42,595 nt of DNA, taken from assembly GCA_018971155.1 (NCBI GenBank), contig JAGXBI010000001.1, positions 1 to 42,595 of the forward strand. Direction: 5' to 3'. Under the pieces are notes generated by a model, which was not told the origin of the DNA, did not search any database, and was given only the letters and a program-made list of their open reading frames with translations. Position numbers and translations under genes: made by a program. Each line of letters opens with the position of its first letter. Positions within the stretch are counted from its first letter, which is position 1. Source of the DNA: Burkholderiales bacterium (GTDB lineage Bacteria; Pseudomonadota; Gammaproteobacteria; Burkholderiales; Burkholderiaceae). Shown piece after piece: positions 9,140-21,658 of the stretch.

Positions 9140-10804
9140 TTATCCGGCAAATGCGCGCGCCAGAATCGCTTCCTGTGTTGCCTGGTTGATGTCAGTGGAC
9201 AACGTGCCATAGACGCGCCCACCCGTGGTCTCGAAGCGGCTGGCGAGAAATGCGCCGGCGACCGCGCTCGGCGCGTGCGCGAGCATCAGCCCGGCTTGCG
9301 CCAGCAGGATCCACTGCTGCGCGATATGTCGCGCCATCGGCTCGCGGGCTTCCGGCGGGCTGCTCAATTGTCGCCGCAAGTCGGCCAGCGCCGCCTTGAG
9401 CGCCGCGTGCCCCGACACCTGGTCGGCCAGTGCATCGAGCAGCCCGTGCGCCATCTCTGGCTCGCGCTGGACGGCGCGCAACACGTCCAGGCACATGATA
9501 TTGCCTGAGCCCTCCCAAATCGAATTGACGGGCGCCTCACGATACAGTCGTGCCATCGGCCCGGTCTCCACATAGCCATTGCCGCCCCAAACCTCCATGC
9601 TCTCGCCGGCAAACTCGAGCGCGCGCTTGCAGACCCAGAATTTTGCGGCCGGTAGCAAAACGCGCTGCCAGCCTCGCGCTACGGGATCGTCGGGCCGGTC
9701 GAATGCGGCCGCCAGCTGCATCATCAGCAGCGTGGCGGCTTCCGACTCGAGGGCCAGATCAGCCAGCACATTGCGCATGAGCGGCTGCGCGATCAGCGCA
9801 CAGCCGAACGCACGTCGATGCCGCGCGTGATGGATTGCCTGCACCAGCGCCTGCCGCATCAGCGCGGCGCTGCCGATCACGCAGTCGAGCCGGGTGTAGG
9901 TGGTCATCTCGAGGATAGTGGGAATGCCGCGTCCCTCGTCGCCCACCATTACGCCGTAGGCGTCCAGGAATTCGACCTCGCTGCTGGCATTCGAGCGGTT
10001 GCCCAGCTTGTCCTTCAGGCGCTGGATCTGCACCGGGTTCTTTTGTCCGTCCGGCTTGAACCGCGGCACGAAAAAGCACGACAACGCATCGTGATCGGTG
10101 GTGCGCGCCAGCACCAGGTGGGCATCGCACATCGGCGCGGAAAAGAACCACTTATGGCCGACCAGCGCATACGCGCCGCCGCGTCCGCCCGCCCCGAGCG
10201 GCGCGGCCCGAGTCGTATTGCTGCGCACGTCCGAGCCGCCCTGCTTCTCGGTCATGCCCATGCCGATCAGAACACTGTGCTTTTGCGCCAGCGGCAAATC
10301 GCGGGCATCGTGCTCGCGGGCGAACAGTTTGTCCTTGAGTTGGGCAAATAAGGCCGGCTCCCTGGCGAGCACCGGAATGCTGGCAAAGGTCATCGTGGTC
10401 GGGCACAGGGTGCCGGCCTCGACCTGTCCATGCAGAAAATAGCCGGCCGCGCGCGCGGCCATCGCGCCGGGCCCCGGCGCGGACCACGGCAGCGCATGCA
10501 AGCCCTCGCCGCGCAGTAACGCCATCAGCGCGTGCCAGCTCGGGTGAAAATCCAGGCGATCGATGCGTCGCCCCTGGCGATCGTGGGTCACCAGCTCGGG
10601 CACATGATGGTTGGCCTCGTCGGCCCACTGCTGCACCTGCGCCTGGCCAAGGCGCGCGCCGCAGCGCCGCAGTTCGGCGGCGTGCCAGCCGGCGCCATGA
10701 CGCTCGACGGCCTGGCCGAGCACGGTGTCGCAGGCATACAGGTCGTAGTTCTCCAGCATGGGCACCTGGTTCTCGACCTGATGCGTCACCCATGGTGAGC
10801 TCAT
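9140..10804 (-). CDS. aidB: AidB-type acyl-CoA dehydrogenase
   Basis: THQVENQ, GTLCPTTMT, GMGMTEKQGGSDV, GHKWFFSAP, KDKLGNRSNASSE and IWEGSGN. GGAGG SD before MSSPW. Confidence 0.85.
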   Translation of the reverse strand: MSSPWVTHQVENQVPMLENYDLYACDTVLGQAVERHGAGWHAAELRRCGARLGQAQVQQWADEANHHVPELVTHDRQGRRIDRLDFHPSWHALMALLRGEGLHALPWSAPGPGAMAARAAGYFLHGQVEAGTLCPTTMTFASIPVLAREPALFAQLKDKLFAREHDARDLPLAQKHSVLIGMGMTEKQGGSDVRSNTTRAAPLGAGGRGGAYALVGHKWFFSAPMCDAHLVLARTTDHDALSCFFVPRFKPDGQKNPVQIQRLKDKLGNRSNASSEVEFLDAYGVMVGDEGRGIPTILEMTTYTRLDCVIGSAALMRQALVQAIHHARHRRAFGCALIAQPLMRNVLADLALESEAATLLMMQLAAAFDRPDDPVARGWQRVLLPAAKFWVCKRALEFAGESMEVWGGNGYVETGPMARLYREAPVNSIWEGSGNIMCLDVLRAVQREPEMAHGLLDALADQVSGHAALKAALADLRRQLSSPPEAREPMARHIAQQWILLAQAGLMLAHAPSAVAGAFLASRFETTGGRVYGTLSTDINQATQEAILARAFAG

Positions 10805-11017
10805 GATATGTCCCTCCGAGCACGGTCCGTTCGGCGAACGGCCTGCTTTCATCATAGGCGAGGCGCGGCTTGCGCGACGCTGCCCACATCATAGAAGGGT
10901 TGCCTGCGCGCGGCAGCCGGCAAATTAGAGGAATACCTCGCATTGAGTCCGTCGACGCGGCGATTGCCATGACTACAATCAGCGCACAACGACGATATAA
11001 AAAACCGGGAGGAAGAC

Positions 11018-12610
11018 ATGGAATACGACTATCTCGTGGTCGGCGCGGGATCGGGTGGGTGCGCGCTCGCGGCGCGCCTGGCCGACGCGCTGCCCGAGCG
11101 CACGATTGCGCTGCTCGAGGCCGGGCCCGACGATCATCATTGGCTGGTCAAAACACCGCTCGGACTGGCCGGCCTGGTGCCGTTCAAGTCGGCCCGCAAC
11201 TGGGCGTTCCATACGACGCCGCAGCCCGCGCTCGACGGCAGGCGGGGCTATCAGCCGCGCGGGCGCGGCCTGGGCGGCAGCAGCTCGATCAACGCCATGA
11301 TCTACACGCGCGGCCATCCGCTCGACTACGACGCCTGGGCCGATGCCGGTTGTCCCGGCTGGCGCTGGCAGGACGTGCTGCCGTATTTCAGGCGAGCCGA
11401 GCACAATGAGCGCGGCGCCGATGCCTGGCATGGCACGCAGGGGCCGCTGAACGTGGCCGACCTGCGCTCGCCCAATCCGTTTTCGATGCGCTTTGTCGAG
11501 GCCGGCCGCCAAGCCGGCTTTCCGGTCAATGGGGATTTCAACGGCGCCGCGCAGGAGGGCGTGGGCCTGTACCAGGTAACGCAAAAGAACGGCGAGCGCT
11601 GGAACGCGGCACGCGCCTATTTGCATGGCCGCACGCGGCAAAACCTGCACGTCATGACAGGCACCAGCGCATTGCGCATCGTCTTCGAGGGCCGGCGCGC
11701 CGTGGGGGTCGAGGTGCAGCGGCGCGGCCGGCGCGAGACGTTGCGCGCGCGCGCCGAAATCGTGCTTGCCGCCGGCGCGTTCAATAGCCCGCAGTTGCTG
11801 ATGTGCTCCGGCATCGGTCCAGCCGAGCACTTGCAATCGCTGGGCATCCCAGTGCTGGTGGAAGCCCCCGGCGTCGGTGGCAATCTACAGGATCACCTCG
11901 ATGTCATCATCAATAAATGCGTGCCGTCGAGCGATCTGATCGGCTTTTCGCCTGCCGGCCTGGCGCATTTGACAGGTGCGCTGTTCAACTACCTGCGCGA
12001 GCGGCGCGGCGTGTTCAGCAGCAACGTGGCCGAGGCCGGCGGCTTTTTGTCGAGCCAGCCGGGTCTCGATCGCCCCGATCTGCAATTGCACTTCCTGGTG
12101 GGGATTTCCGACGATCACAATCGCAAGCTGCACGTGCGTCACGGCTTTTCGTGCCATGTGTGCGTGTTGCGTCCGAAAAGTCGCGGCAACGTCACCCTGG
12201 CCAGTGCCGATGCACGCCAGGCGCCGGTGATCGACCCGCGCTTTTTGAGCGAGCCCGAGGATCTCGAGGGTCTGTTGCGGGGTCTGCGCATTGTGCGCAA
12301 GATTCTGGCGGCGCCCGCGCTCGCCGAATTCGGCGGCAAAGAGTTGTACTCGCAGGATGTGCAGAGCGATGACGCGCTGCGGGCGCTGATTCGCGCGCGG
12401 GCCGACACGATCTACCACCCGGTGGGGACCTGCCGCATGGGCAGCGACGCGGCCGCCGTGGTCGATCCTCAGTTGCGCGTGCGCGGCGTCGAGCGGCTGC
12501 GCGTGGTCGACGCCTCGGTCATGCCCACGCTGATCGGCGGCAACACCAACGCGCCGACCATCATGATCGCCGAAAGGGCTGCCGATCTGATGCAGCAAGA
12601 CGCGCCGTAA
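11018..12610 (+). CDS. GMC-family FAD oxidoreductase (choline/AlkJ-like alcohol dehydrogenase)
   Basis: DYLVVGAGSGG, RGRGLGGSSSINAM, GNLQDH, YHPVGTCRMG, RVVDASVMP and GNTNAPTIMIAE. GGAGG SD. Confidence 0.92.
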   Translation: MEYDYLVVGAGSGGCALAARLADALPERTIALLEAGPDDHHWLVKTPLGLAGLVPFKSARNWAFHTTPQPALDGRRGYQPRGRGLGGSSSINAMIYTRGHPLDYDAWADAGCPGWRWQDVLPYFRRAEHNERGADAWHGTQGPLNVADLRSPNPFSMRFVEAGRQAGFPVNGDFNGAAQEGVGLYQVTQKNGERWNAARAYLHGRTRQNLHVMTGTSALRIVFEGRRAVGVEVQRRGRRETLRARAEIVLAAGAFNSPQLLMCSGIGPAEHLQSLGIPVLVEAPGVGGNLQDHLDVIINKCVPSSDLIGFSPAGLAHLTGALFNYLRERRGVFSSNVAEAGGFLSSQPGLDRPDLQLHFLVGISDDHNRKLHVRHGFSCHVCVLRPKSRGNVTLASADARQAPVIDPRFLSEPEDLEGLLRGLRIVRKILAAPALAEFGGKELYSQDVQSDDALRALIRARADTIYHPVGTCRMGSDAAAVVDPQLRVRGVERLRVVDASVMPTLIGGNTNAPTIMIAERAADLMQQDAP

Positions 12611-12635
12611 CGCGCGCACGCCAACCGGCCGCGGG

Positions 12636-14108
12636 CTAGGCCGACAGCTTCTTGCGCAGCAATTCGTTGACCTGCTGCGGGTTCGCCTTGCCTTTGGTGG
12701 CTTTCATCGCCTGGCCGATCAGCGCGTTGAAGGCCTTCTCCTTGCCGGCCCGGAATTCCTCGACCGACTTGGCATTGGCCGCCAGCACTTCGTCGATGAT
12801 CTTCTCCAGCGCGCCGGTGTCGGAGATCTGCTTGAGACCCTTGGTCTCGATGATGCGATCGGCTGCCGCATCGTCGTCGGCAGGCTCGTCCCACATGTGC
12901 TGGAACACTTCCTTGGCGATCTTGTTGGAGATCGTGCCGTCGGCGATGCGCGCCAGCAAGCCGGCGAGTTGCGCGGCCGACACAGGGCAGGCCGCCAGTT
13001 CGATACCGTCGCGATTGAGTTGCGAGGCCAGCTCGCCCATGATCCAGTTGGCGGCCGGCTTGGCGCTGGCCGCGCCGGCCCGGGCGACGACCGCCTCGAA
13101 ATAGGCAGCCATGGCCTTGGACGAGGTCAGCACGGCAGCGTCGTATTTGGTCAGGCCGTACTGCTCGACCAGGCGCGCTTGCATCGCGCCGGGCAACTCC
13201 GGCAGCTCGCCGCGCACACGCTCGACCCAGTCGTCGGCGATCACCAAAGGCATCAGATCCGGATCGGGGAAATAGCGATAATCGTGCGCGTCTTCCTTGC
13301 TGCGCATCGAACGGGTTTCTCGCTTGTCCGGATCGTACAGGCGTGTCTCCTGCACGACCTCGCCGCCGTCCTCGATCAATTCGATCTGGCGCCGCACCTC
13401 ATAGTGAATCGCCTCCTCGAGAAAGCGGAACGAATTCAGGTTCTTGATTTCGGCGCGCGTGCCGAAAGCCTCCTGGCCCATCGGGCGCACCGACACGTTC
13501 GCGTCGCAGCGAAACGATCCTTCCTGCATGTTGCCGTCGCAAATGCCCAGCCAGACCACCAGGCCGTGCAAAGCCTTGGCATAGGCCACGGCCTCCGCGG
13601 CGCTGCGCATGTCCGGCTCGGTGACGATTTCGAGCAACGGCGTGCCGGCCCGATTCAGGTCGATGCCGGTCATGCCGGCGAAATCCTCGTGCAGCGATTT
13701 GCCGGCATCTTCCTCGAGGTGCGCGCGCGTGAGCTGCACCGTCTTTTCATAAGCCGGCATGCCCGTCTTCTCGTCGGCCGGTACCTGGATGGTCAGCGCG
13801 CCGCCCTGCACCACCGGGATTTCGTACTGGCTGATTTGATAGCCCTTGGGCAAATCCGGGTAGAAATAATTTTTCCGGGCGAAAATGCTTTGCGGCGCGA
13901 TCGTCGCGCCAATCGCCAGGCCGAACTGGATCGCGCGTTCGACCGCGCCCCGGTTCATGACCGGCAATACGCCGGGCAGCGCCAGATCGACCGCACAGGC
14001 CTGCGTGTTGGGCGCCGCACCGAAGCGGGTCGAGGCGCCCGAAAAAATTTTGGAGACCGTGGAGAGCTGCGCATGCGTCTCCAGGCCAATCACGACTTCC
14101 CATTGCAT
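12636..14108 (-). CDS. gatB: Asp/Glu-tRNA amidotransferase subunit B
   Basis: [38 protein letters not shown] and [10 protein letters not shown]. Alternative start at 14129 overlaps the upstream stop codon. Confidence 0.97.
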   Translation of the reverse strand: MQWEVVIGLETHAQLSTVSKIFSGASTRFGAAPNTQACAVDLALPGVLPVMNRGAVERAIQFGLAIGATIAPQSIFARKNYFYPDLPKGYQISQYEIPVVQGGALTIQVPADEKTGMPAYEKTVQLTRAHLEEDAGKSLHEDFAGMTGIDLNRAGTPLLEIVTEPDMRSAAEAVAYAKALHGLVVWLGICDGNMQEGSFRCDANVSVRPMGQEAFGTRAEIKNLNSFRFLEEAIHYEVRRQIELIEDGGEVVQETRLYDPDKRETRSMRSKEDAHDYRYFPDPDLMPLVIADDWVERVRGELPELPGAMQARLVEQYGLTKYDAAVLTSSKAMAAYFEAVVARAGAASAKPAANWIMGELASQLNRDGIELAACPVSAAQLAGLLARIADGTISNKIAKEVFQHMWDEPADDDAAADRIIETKGLKQISDTGALEKIIDEVLAANAKSVEEFRAGKEKAFNALIGQAMKATKGKANPQQVNELLRKKLSA

Positions 14109-14128
14109 AGTGCTTACCTTTTCATTCA

Positions 14129-14581
14129 TCAGCCCGCGCGGCGCGTGGCCGCCGCGCAGATGCCGGCGTGAGGATCGAACATGACCGGCCATGCCTCTTG
14201 GTAAATGCCCGGCGTACAGTACTGCTCGCAATTCGCATGCGCCAGCGTCACGCGCCCCGGCTCCTGCCAGACCATCAGCTCGCAAGCGCTGCCGTCGCGC
14301 GCGCGCAGCTCGATTTGCGGACGCGTGCGCGTTTGCCGAAACTCGGACAGCTCGAAATGACAACTGCCGCGCTGCCCAACCCATAGTCGCCAGGACAGCG
14401 CCTGCACCCAGTTGTCGCGCACCTTCAGGGTCGCCTGCTCGCGAAAGCCGTCCACGTCGGTCTGGGCGCAATGGCCGTCCAGATCGATCGGGTGATAGGC
14501 AATCGGCGCGCTCGGCAGCGAACTGAAACTGCACGACGCGAGGAGCACGGCGCAAGCGGCCGCGGCCAGCGCATACCGCAT
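14129..14581 (-). CDS. Hypothetical lipoprotein
   Basis: Signal peptide [17 protein letters not shown] with an LASC lipobox. It fills the gatA-gatB gap, and its ATG overlaps the gatA stop (TGATG). Confidence 0.8.
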   Translation of the reverse strand: MRYALAAAACAVLLASCSFSSLPSAPIAYHPIDLDGHCAQTDVDGFREQATLKVRDNWVQALSWRLWVGQRGSCHFELSEFRQTRTRPQIELRARDGSACELMVWQEPGRVTLAHANCEQYCTPGIYQEAWPVMFDPHAGICAAATRRAG

Positions 14582-16077
14582 CAGGCGCTCTCCTGCGGCT
14601 GGCGGCGATGCCAGTCGGTTACCTGCTGGAACGCGTGCGCGACCTGCAGCATGCGCGCCTCGTCAAAATAATTGCCGATGATCTGCATGCCGACCGGGCG
14701 CTGCGCCCGGCCAAAGCCAACCGGCACGCTCATGCCCGGCAAGCCCGCCAGACTGACCGACAGCGTATAGATATCGGCCAGGTACATCTTGAGCGGATCG
14801 TCGCTCTTCTCACCCAGATTCCATGCCACGCTCGGCGCGACCGGTCCGATGATGAGGTCGCACTGGGCGAAAGCGTCCTGGAAGTCTTGCGCGATCAGGC
14901 GGCGAATGCGCTGCGCCTGCAGGTAATAGGCGTCGTAATAGCCGTGCGACAGCACGTACGTGCCCACCAGGATGCGGCGCTTGACCTCGGCGCCGAAGCC
15001 TTCGGCGCGGGTCTTCTTGTACATGTCGAGCAGATCGGCATATTGCGCGGCCCGATGCCCGTAACGCACGCCGTCGAAGCGCGACAGATTGGACGAAGCC
15101 TCGGCCGGCGCGATCACGTAGTACACCGGGATCGACAGTTCGGTCTTGGGCAGCGAAATCTCGACCCGCACGGCCCCGAGGCGCTCCAGCGTCTGCAAGG
15201 CAGTTTCGATCGCTGTGCGCACGTCGTCGGCCAGCCCGTCGCCGAAATACTCGCGCGGCAGGCCGACGCGCAGCCCGGCCAGCGGCTGTGCCGCACTCGC
15301 GCCGGGCAACGGCTGGTCGAGCTGGCGCATGTAATTTTCGGCCGGACGCTCCAGGCTGGTCGAGTCGCGCTTGTCGAACCCTGCCATGGCGCTGAGCAAC
15401 TGCGCACAGTCCGCCGCGCTGCGGCCGAGCGGGCCGCCCTGGTCGAGCGACGAGGCAAACGCGATCATGCCGTAGCGCGACACGTTGCCGTACGTCGGCT
15501 TGATGCCCGTGAGCCCGCAAAAAGCGGCGGGCTGCCGAATCGAGCCGCCGGTGTCCGTGCCGGTAGCCACCGGCGCCAGCCCACCGGCAACTGCCGCGGC
15601 AGATCCGCCGGACGATCCGCCGGGCACGGCGCTCAGGTCCCATGGGTTTTTCACGGGGCCAAAATGGGAGTTTTCGTTCGACGAGCCCATCGCGAACTCG
15701 TCCATATTGGTTTTGCCAAGGCATACCATGCCCGCTTCGGCCAGGCGCTCGACGACGGCGGCATCGAACGGACTGCGGTAGCCCGCCAGCATGCGCGAGC
15801 CAGCCGTGGAAACCCATTCGCGGGTGACGAAAACGTCCTTGTGAGCCAGCGGAATACCCAGCAGCGGGGCTGTCGCGCCGCCTTCGCCGCGCGCCAGGCG
15901 CGCGTCGGCCGCGCGCGCTTGGGCCAGCGTGGCCTCGGGCGACACGTCGACAAAGGCGTTGAGCGCCCGAGCCGCGTCGATACGCGCCAGATAATGTTGG
16001 GCCAGCTCGACGCTGGACACGCGCCTGGTGTCGAGCGCCGTGCGCAGGTCTTGCAAATCGGTCAGAGAGAGTTCCAT
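14581..16077 (-). CDS. gatA: Asp/Glu-tRNA amidotransferase subunit A
   Basis: Amidase signature: [32 protein letters not shown], and [11 protein letters not shown]. Confidence 0.97.
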   Translation of the reverse strand: MELSLTDLQDLRTALDTRRVSSVELAQHYLARIDAARALNAFVDVSPEATLAQARAADARLARGEGGATAPLLGIPLAHKDVFVTREWVSTAGSRMLAGYRSPFDAAVVERLAEAGMVCLGKTNMDEFAMGSSNENSHFGPVKNPWDLSAVPGGSSGGSAAAVAGGLAPVATGTDTGGSIRQPAAFCGLTGIKPTYGNVSRYGMIAFASSLDQGGPLGRSAADCAQLLSAMAGFDKRDSTSLERPAENYMRQLDQPLPGASAAQPLAGLRVGLPREYFGDGLADDVRTAIETALQTLERLGAVRVEISLPKTELSIPVYYVIAPAEASSNLSRFDGVRYGHRAAQYADLLDMYKKTRAEGFGAEVKRRILVGTYVLSHGYYDAYYLQAQRIRRLIAQDFQDAFAQCDLIIGPVAPSVAWNLGEKSDDPLKMYLADIYTLSVSLAGLPGMSVPVGFGRAQRPVGMQIIGNYFDEARMLQVAHAFQQVTDWHRRQPQESA

Positions 16078-16128
16078 AAAACCGTCAAGAGAAGATGCGA
16101 TTGGGCGGCGTACAGCTTCGCGCCGCGC

Positions 16129-16428
16129 TCATTCAATGACTTTGGGCACCAGGTACAGCCCGTCCTGCACGGCCGGCGCGGGCCGTTGATTGGCTTCGCG
16201 GTCCACCGTCTCGGTCACGGCGTCCTCGCGCAGGCGCAGGCTCACCGCCTGGATCTGCTCGATCGGGTGCGCCAGCGGCGCGACACCCTCGGTGTCGACC
16301 GCCTGCATCCGTTCGACCAGCCCGAAAAACCCGTTCAATTCCGCAAGCGTATGCTCGGCTTCGCCGGGAGCGAGTTCGATGCGCGCCAGATGCGCGATGC
16401 GCGTGACATCGCTGAGATTCAATGCCAT
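16129..16428 (-). CDS. gatC: Asp/Glu-tRNA amidotransferase subunit C
   Basis: IAHLARI, LREDAV and LYLVPKVIE. 99 aa, upstream of gatA. Confidence 0.95.
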   Translation of the reverse strand: MALNLSDVTRIAHLARIELAPGEAEHTLAELNGFFGLVERMQAVDTEGVAPLAHPIEQIQAVSLRLREDAVTETVDREANQRPAPAVQDGLYLVPKVIE

Positions 16429-16459
16429 GAAATATCTCGATATAAATCAATGAGTTTGA

Positions 16460-17881
<1,422 letters not shown>

Positions 17882-17949
17882 ACTTGCCAAGAGCACGGCT
17901 CCGCGGCGCGGCCGACGGATCCCTTTAAGACGGTTTTTCAAGGCATTGC

Positions 17950-18963
17950 ATGCAGTACAGTCCGCCGCCACTCTTCAAGCAAGGGCCGTCGGCGCTGGCG
18001 CGACTCATCTGTTTCGTCGCGTTGGCCGTCGGCCTGCTCGTGGTCGACTCGCACTACAAAACGCTGGAAAAGCTGCGCTATTTCATCGGCACGGCCCTGT
18101 ATCCGTTACAGCGCGTGATGCTGGTGCCGCGCGACAGTCTGGTCGGCGCTTCCGATTTCCTGGTCAGCGAAGGCCAGTTGCGCGCCCAGAATCGCCTGCT
18201 GCGCGAGCGTAACCTGGAGTTGTCGGCGCAAGCGATGCGCAACGCCGAGCTCAGCGCCGAGAACGACCACCTGCGACAATTGCTGGCGCTGCGCGACCGC
18301 ATGCAGGTACCGACCATCCCGGCCCAGATCGAGTACGACACGCGCGATCCGTTCACGCAGAAGGTAGTCATCGACCGCGGCTCGCGACAGGGGGTCAAGG
18401 CCGGCGCCCCCGTGATCACCGAGCAGGGGCTGCTGGGACAGGTCACACGCGTATTCTTGATGTACTCCGAAGTAACCCTGATTACCGACAAGGATCAGGC
18501 CGTGCCCGTGCAACTGTTGCGCAGCGGCGTGAACAGCGTGGTCTACGGGGGCTTGCCGGGCGGCGCGCTCGATCTGCGCTTCATCCCCTTGAGCGCCGAC
18601 GTGAAAGTGGGCGATCAGGTAGTCACCAACGGCCTGGGCGGTGTGTATCCCGCCGGCGTGCCGGTCGCTCGCGTCACACGTGTGGACAAGCAGTCCGACA
18701 CGACTTTCGCCCGCATCGTCTGCCAACCGGTGGCGCAACTGCACAGCCAGCGGCAGGTGCTGGTGCTGCAATACAATCCGCCACCTCCGCCCCCGACCGA
18801 GGCCGCCGGCTCCACCGATCAAAACGCGCCGCCGACCGACAAGAACGGCAAAGACGGCAAGAAAGGCGACGCTCGCAAGACCGGCAAGCCCCAGGGTGCG
18901 ACCGCGCACGGCAAGGCCACTGCCGCGCCCGCGCAGAAAACGCCGGAAAAGAAAACACCATGA
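17950..18963 (+). CDS. mreC: Rod shape-determining protein MreC
   Basis: N-terminal TM segment, coiled coil (ENDHLRQLL), IDRGS, GLGGVYPAG. Operon position. Confidence 0.93.
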   Translation: MQYSPPPLFKQGPSALARLICFVALAVGLLVVDSHYKTLEKLRYFIGTALYPLQRVMLVPRDSLVGASDFLVSEGQLRAQNRLLRERNLELSAQAMRNAELSAENDHLRQLLALRDRMQVPTIPAQIEYDTRDPFTQKVVIDRGSRQGVKAGAPVITEQGLLGQVTRVFLMYSEVTLITDKDQAVPVQLLRSGVNSVVYGGLPGGALDLRFIPLSADVKVGDQVVTNGLGGVYPAGVPVARVTRVDKQSDTTFARIVCQPVAQLHSQRQVLVLQYNPPPPPPTEAAGSTDQNAPPTDKNGKDGKKGDARKTGKPQGATAHGKATAAPAQKTPEKKTP

Positions 18964-18973
18964 AGAGTCTTCC

Positions 18974-19486
18974 ATGACCCGCCCGCAATACATACTGCTG
19001 CCGGTCAATCCGTACTTCATCGCCATCAGCCTGATCGCCGCCTTTCTGGTCAACCTGATGCCGTGGGGTGACATTCCGGTGATGCCCGACTTCGTCGCGC
19101 TGGTGTTGATTTTCTGGAATATTCACCAGCCCCGCAAAGTCGGCATGGGCATCGCCTTCATCGTCGGGCTGCTGATGGACGTGCACAATGCGGGCCTGCT
19201 TGGCGAGCACGCACTCGCCTATACGCTGCTGTCCTACGGTGCGATCATGATTCACCGGCGCGTGCTGTGGTTCACGCTCTTCACCCAGGCGCTGCTGGTG
19301 CTGCCGCTGCTGTTGCTCGCCCACCTCGTGCCGTTCCTGATACGGTTGGCGACCGGCGCCCCGTTTCCCGGCTGGTGGCCATTGCTGGCCGCGTTCGTCG
19401 AAGCGGCGCTATGGCCGATCGTCAGCATCCTCCTGCTGGCGCCGCAGAAGCGCGCCGTCGATCGTGACGATACGCGGCCGATCTGA
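18974..19486 (+). CDS. mreD: Rod shape-determining protein MreD
   Basis: Hydrophobic protein with PDFVALVLIFW, GLLMDV and LGEHALAY. Start at MTRPQYILLP. Confidence 0.92.
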   Translation: MTRPQYILLPVNPYFIAISLIAAFLVNLMPWGDIPVMPDFVALVLIFWNIHQPRKVGMGIAFIVGLLMDVHNAGLLGEHALAYTLLSYGAIMIHRRVLWFTLFTQALLVLPLLLLAHLVPFLIRLATGAPFPGWWPLLAAFVEAALWPIVSILLLAPQKRAVDRDDTRPI

Positions 19487-19516
19487 TTTCGCCACTTCAG
19501 GGACGGCCCGCTTCGC

Positions 19517-21658
19517 ATGACCGAATTCAAAAATCTCGAGCAGCAACTCAAACAGTTTCACCTGCGCATTTCCGCTGCCGGACTGTTCGTGCTGCTGTGC
19601 TTTGGGCTGCTCGCGGGACGCTTCGTCTATTTGCAGGTGTTCAAGCACAAGCTGTATGCACTGCAGGCCGACGAAAACCGCATCGCACTGGCGCCGATCG
19701 TGCCCAATCGCGGCGTCATCATGGACCGCAACGGCGTGGTGCTGGCCGACAATTACTCCGCCTATACGCTGGAGATCACGCCGTCGAAGATCGACGAACC
19801 ACTGCCAAAGCTGATCGACCAACTGGCCACGGTGGTACGTATTACGCCGCGCGACCGCTCGCGCTTCAAGCGGCTTCTCGAGGACGGCAAAAGCTTCGAG
19901 AGCTTGCCGATCCGCACTCGGCTGAGCGATGACGAAGTCGCGCAGTTTGTTGCTCAGCGTTATCGTTTTCCGGGTGTCGAGGTGCATGCCCGCCTGTTCC
20001 GGCAATATCCGCTCGGCGAGACGGCCGCACACGTGATCGGCTATGTCGGCCGCATTTCGCAGCGCGATCGCGAGCACCTCCAGAAAATGAGCGAGGAAAA
20101 CGACGCCGATCCCGCCCACTACGACATTCGGCGCGATATCAACAACTATCGCGGCACCGATTACATCGGCAAGACCGGTGTCGAGCAGAGTTATGAAACC
20201 CAGCTGCATGGCGTCACCGGTTTCGAGGAGGTCGAGGTGACCGCGGGCGGCCGGCCCGTGCGCGTCATCTCCCGCACGCCGGCGACGCCGGGCGACAACC
20301 TGATCCTGTCGATCGACATCAAGCTGCAGGAGGTCGCCGAGAAGGCTTTTGCCGGACAGCGTGGCGCACTGGTGGCAATCGAGCCGTCGACCGGCGATGT
20401 GCTGGCTTTCGTATCGGAGCCCAGTTTCAACCCCAACCTGTTCGTCGAGGGCATCGACCAGCAAAACTGGGATGCGCTCAACAACTCGCCCGACAAGCCA
20501 CTGCTCGATCGCCCCTTGCGCGGCACTTATCCGATCGGCTCGACCTACAAGCCGTTCATGGCGCTGGCCGGACTGACCCTGGGCAAGCGCACCGAGGACT
20601 GGAGTTTCCACGATCCTGGTTTTTACAAGCTCGGCAACCACGTCTTCCGCAACGACGTGCGCAGCGGACAGGGGCAAGTCAATATGTACCGCTCCATCGT
20701 GGTATCGAACGACACCTATTACTACATGCTCGCGCACGATCTCGGCGTCGATGCCATTCACGATTTCATGGTGCCCTGGGGCTTCGGCCAGCTCACCGGT
20801 ATCGACATCGCCGGCGAGGCGCGCGGCGTGTTGCCCTCCAAGGCCTGGAAGCGCATGGCATACAAGACGCCGGCGCAACAGCGTTGGTACGAGGGCGAGA
20901 CGGTGAGTCTTGGCATCGGCCAGGGCTATAACTCGTTTACGATCCTGCAGACCGCGCACGCGGTCGCCACGCTGGCCAATAACGGCGTGGTGATGAAACC
21001 GCATCTGGTACAGGCCGTTCAGGATCCGATCACGCATCAGATTCAGCTGACCGTGCCGCATGCCAGCTTCCGGATCCCGGTCAAGCAGAAGTACATCGAC
21101 TTCGTCAAACATGCGATGGAAGGCGTGACGAGCAATCCCGAAGGCACGGCCTACCGCCAATTCATTGGCGTCCCCTATACGGTCGCCGGCAAAACCGGTA
21201 CTGCACAGGTCTTTTCGCTGACCAAGGGCGAGGTCTACAACCATAACCTCGTGCCGGAATTCAAGCGGGATCATGCCGTTTTTGAAGCGTTCGCTCCGGT
21301 AGACCACCCGAAGATCGCGCTGGCGTTGTTGGTCGAAAACGCCGGGTGGGGCGCTTCGGTCGCGGCGCCCATCGCCCGCAAGGTACTGGACTATTATTTG
21401 ATCGACGAGCCCAAGGAGCGCGCCGCGCAAGCCGCCGCCAACCAGGCGGCGGGCATCCCCGGCGCTGCCAGTGCGCCCGGCGCCGCCAGTGGCGTCGCGG
21501 CGCCGGCCTCGGCGGCGGACGCCCGCTCGGCGCAGTCGCCAGGCGCGACCGTATCGCGCACGTCAGGCCCGCCGCATGCCGCCAAGGCTCCCTTGCCGCT
21601 GTTCAGGGACGAGGCGCGCCGACGCGCCGCGCTTCGCTCCCACGGAGAAAGCCAATGA
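19517..21658 (+). CDS. mrdA: Penicillin-binding protein 2
   Basis: PNRGVIMDRNG, SxxK (STYK), SxD (SND) and KTG motifs. Confidence 0.95.
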   Translation: MTEFKNLEQQLKQFHLRISAAGLFVLLCFGLLAGRFVYLQVFKHKLYALQADENRIALAPIVPNRGVIMDRNGVVLADNYSAYTLEITPSKIDEPLPKLIDQLATVVRITPRDRSRFKRLLEDGKSFESLPIRTRLSDDEVAQFVAQRYRFPGVEVHARLFRQYPLGETAAHVIGYVGRISQRDREHLQKMSEENDADPAHYDIRRDINNYRGTDYIGKTGVEQSYETQLHGVTGFEEVEVTAGGRPVRVISRTPATPGDNLILSIDIKLQEVAEKAFAGQRGALVAIEPSTGDVLAFVSEPSFNPNLFVEGIDQQNWDALNNSPDKPLLDRPLRGTYPIGSTYKPFMALAGLTLGKRTEDWSFHDPGFYKLGNHVFRNDVRSGQGQVNMYRSIVVSNDTYYYMLAHDLGVDAIHDFMVPWGFGQLTGIDIAGEARGVLPSKAWKRMAYKTPAQQRWYEGETVSLGIGQGYNSFTILQTAHAVATLANNGVVMKPHLVQAVQDPITHQIQLTVPHASFRIPVKQKYIDFVKHAMEGVTSNPEGTAYRQFIGVPYTVAGKTGTAQVFSLTKGEVYNHNLVPEFKRDHAVFEAFAPVDHPKIALALLVENAGWGASVAAPIARKVLDYYLIDEPKERAAQAAANQAAGIPGAASAPGAASGVAAPASAADARSAQSPGATVSRTSGPPHAAKAPLPLFRDEARRRAALRSHGESQ

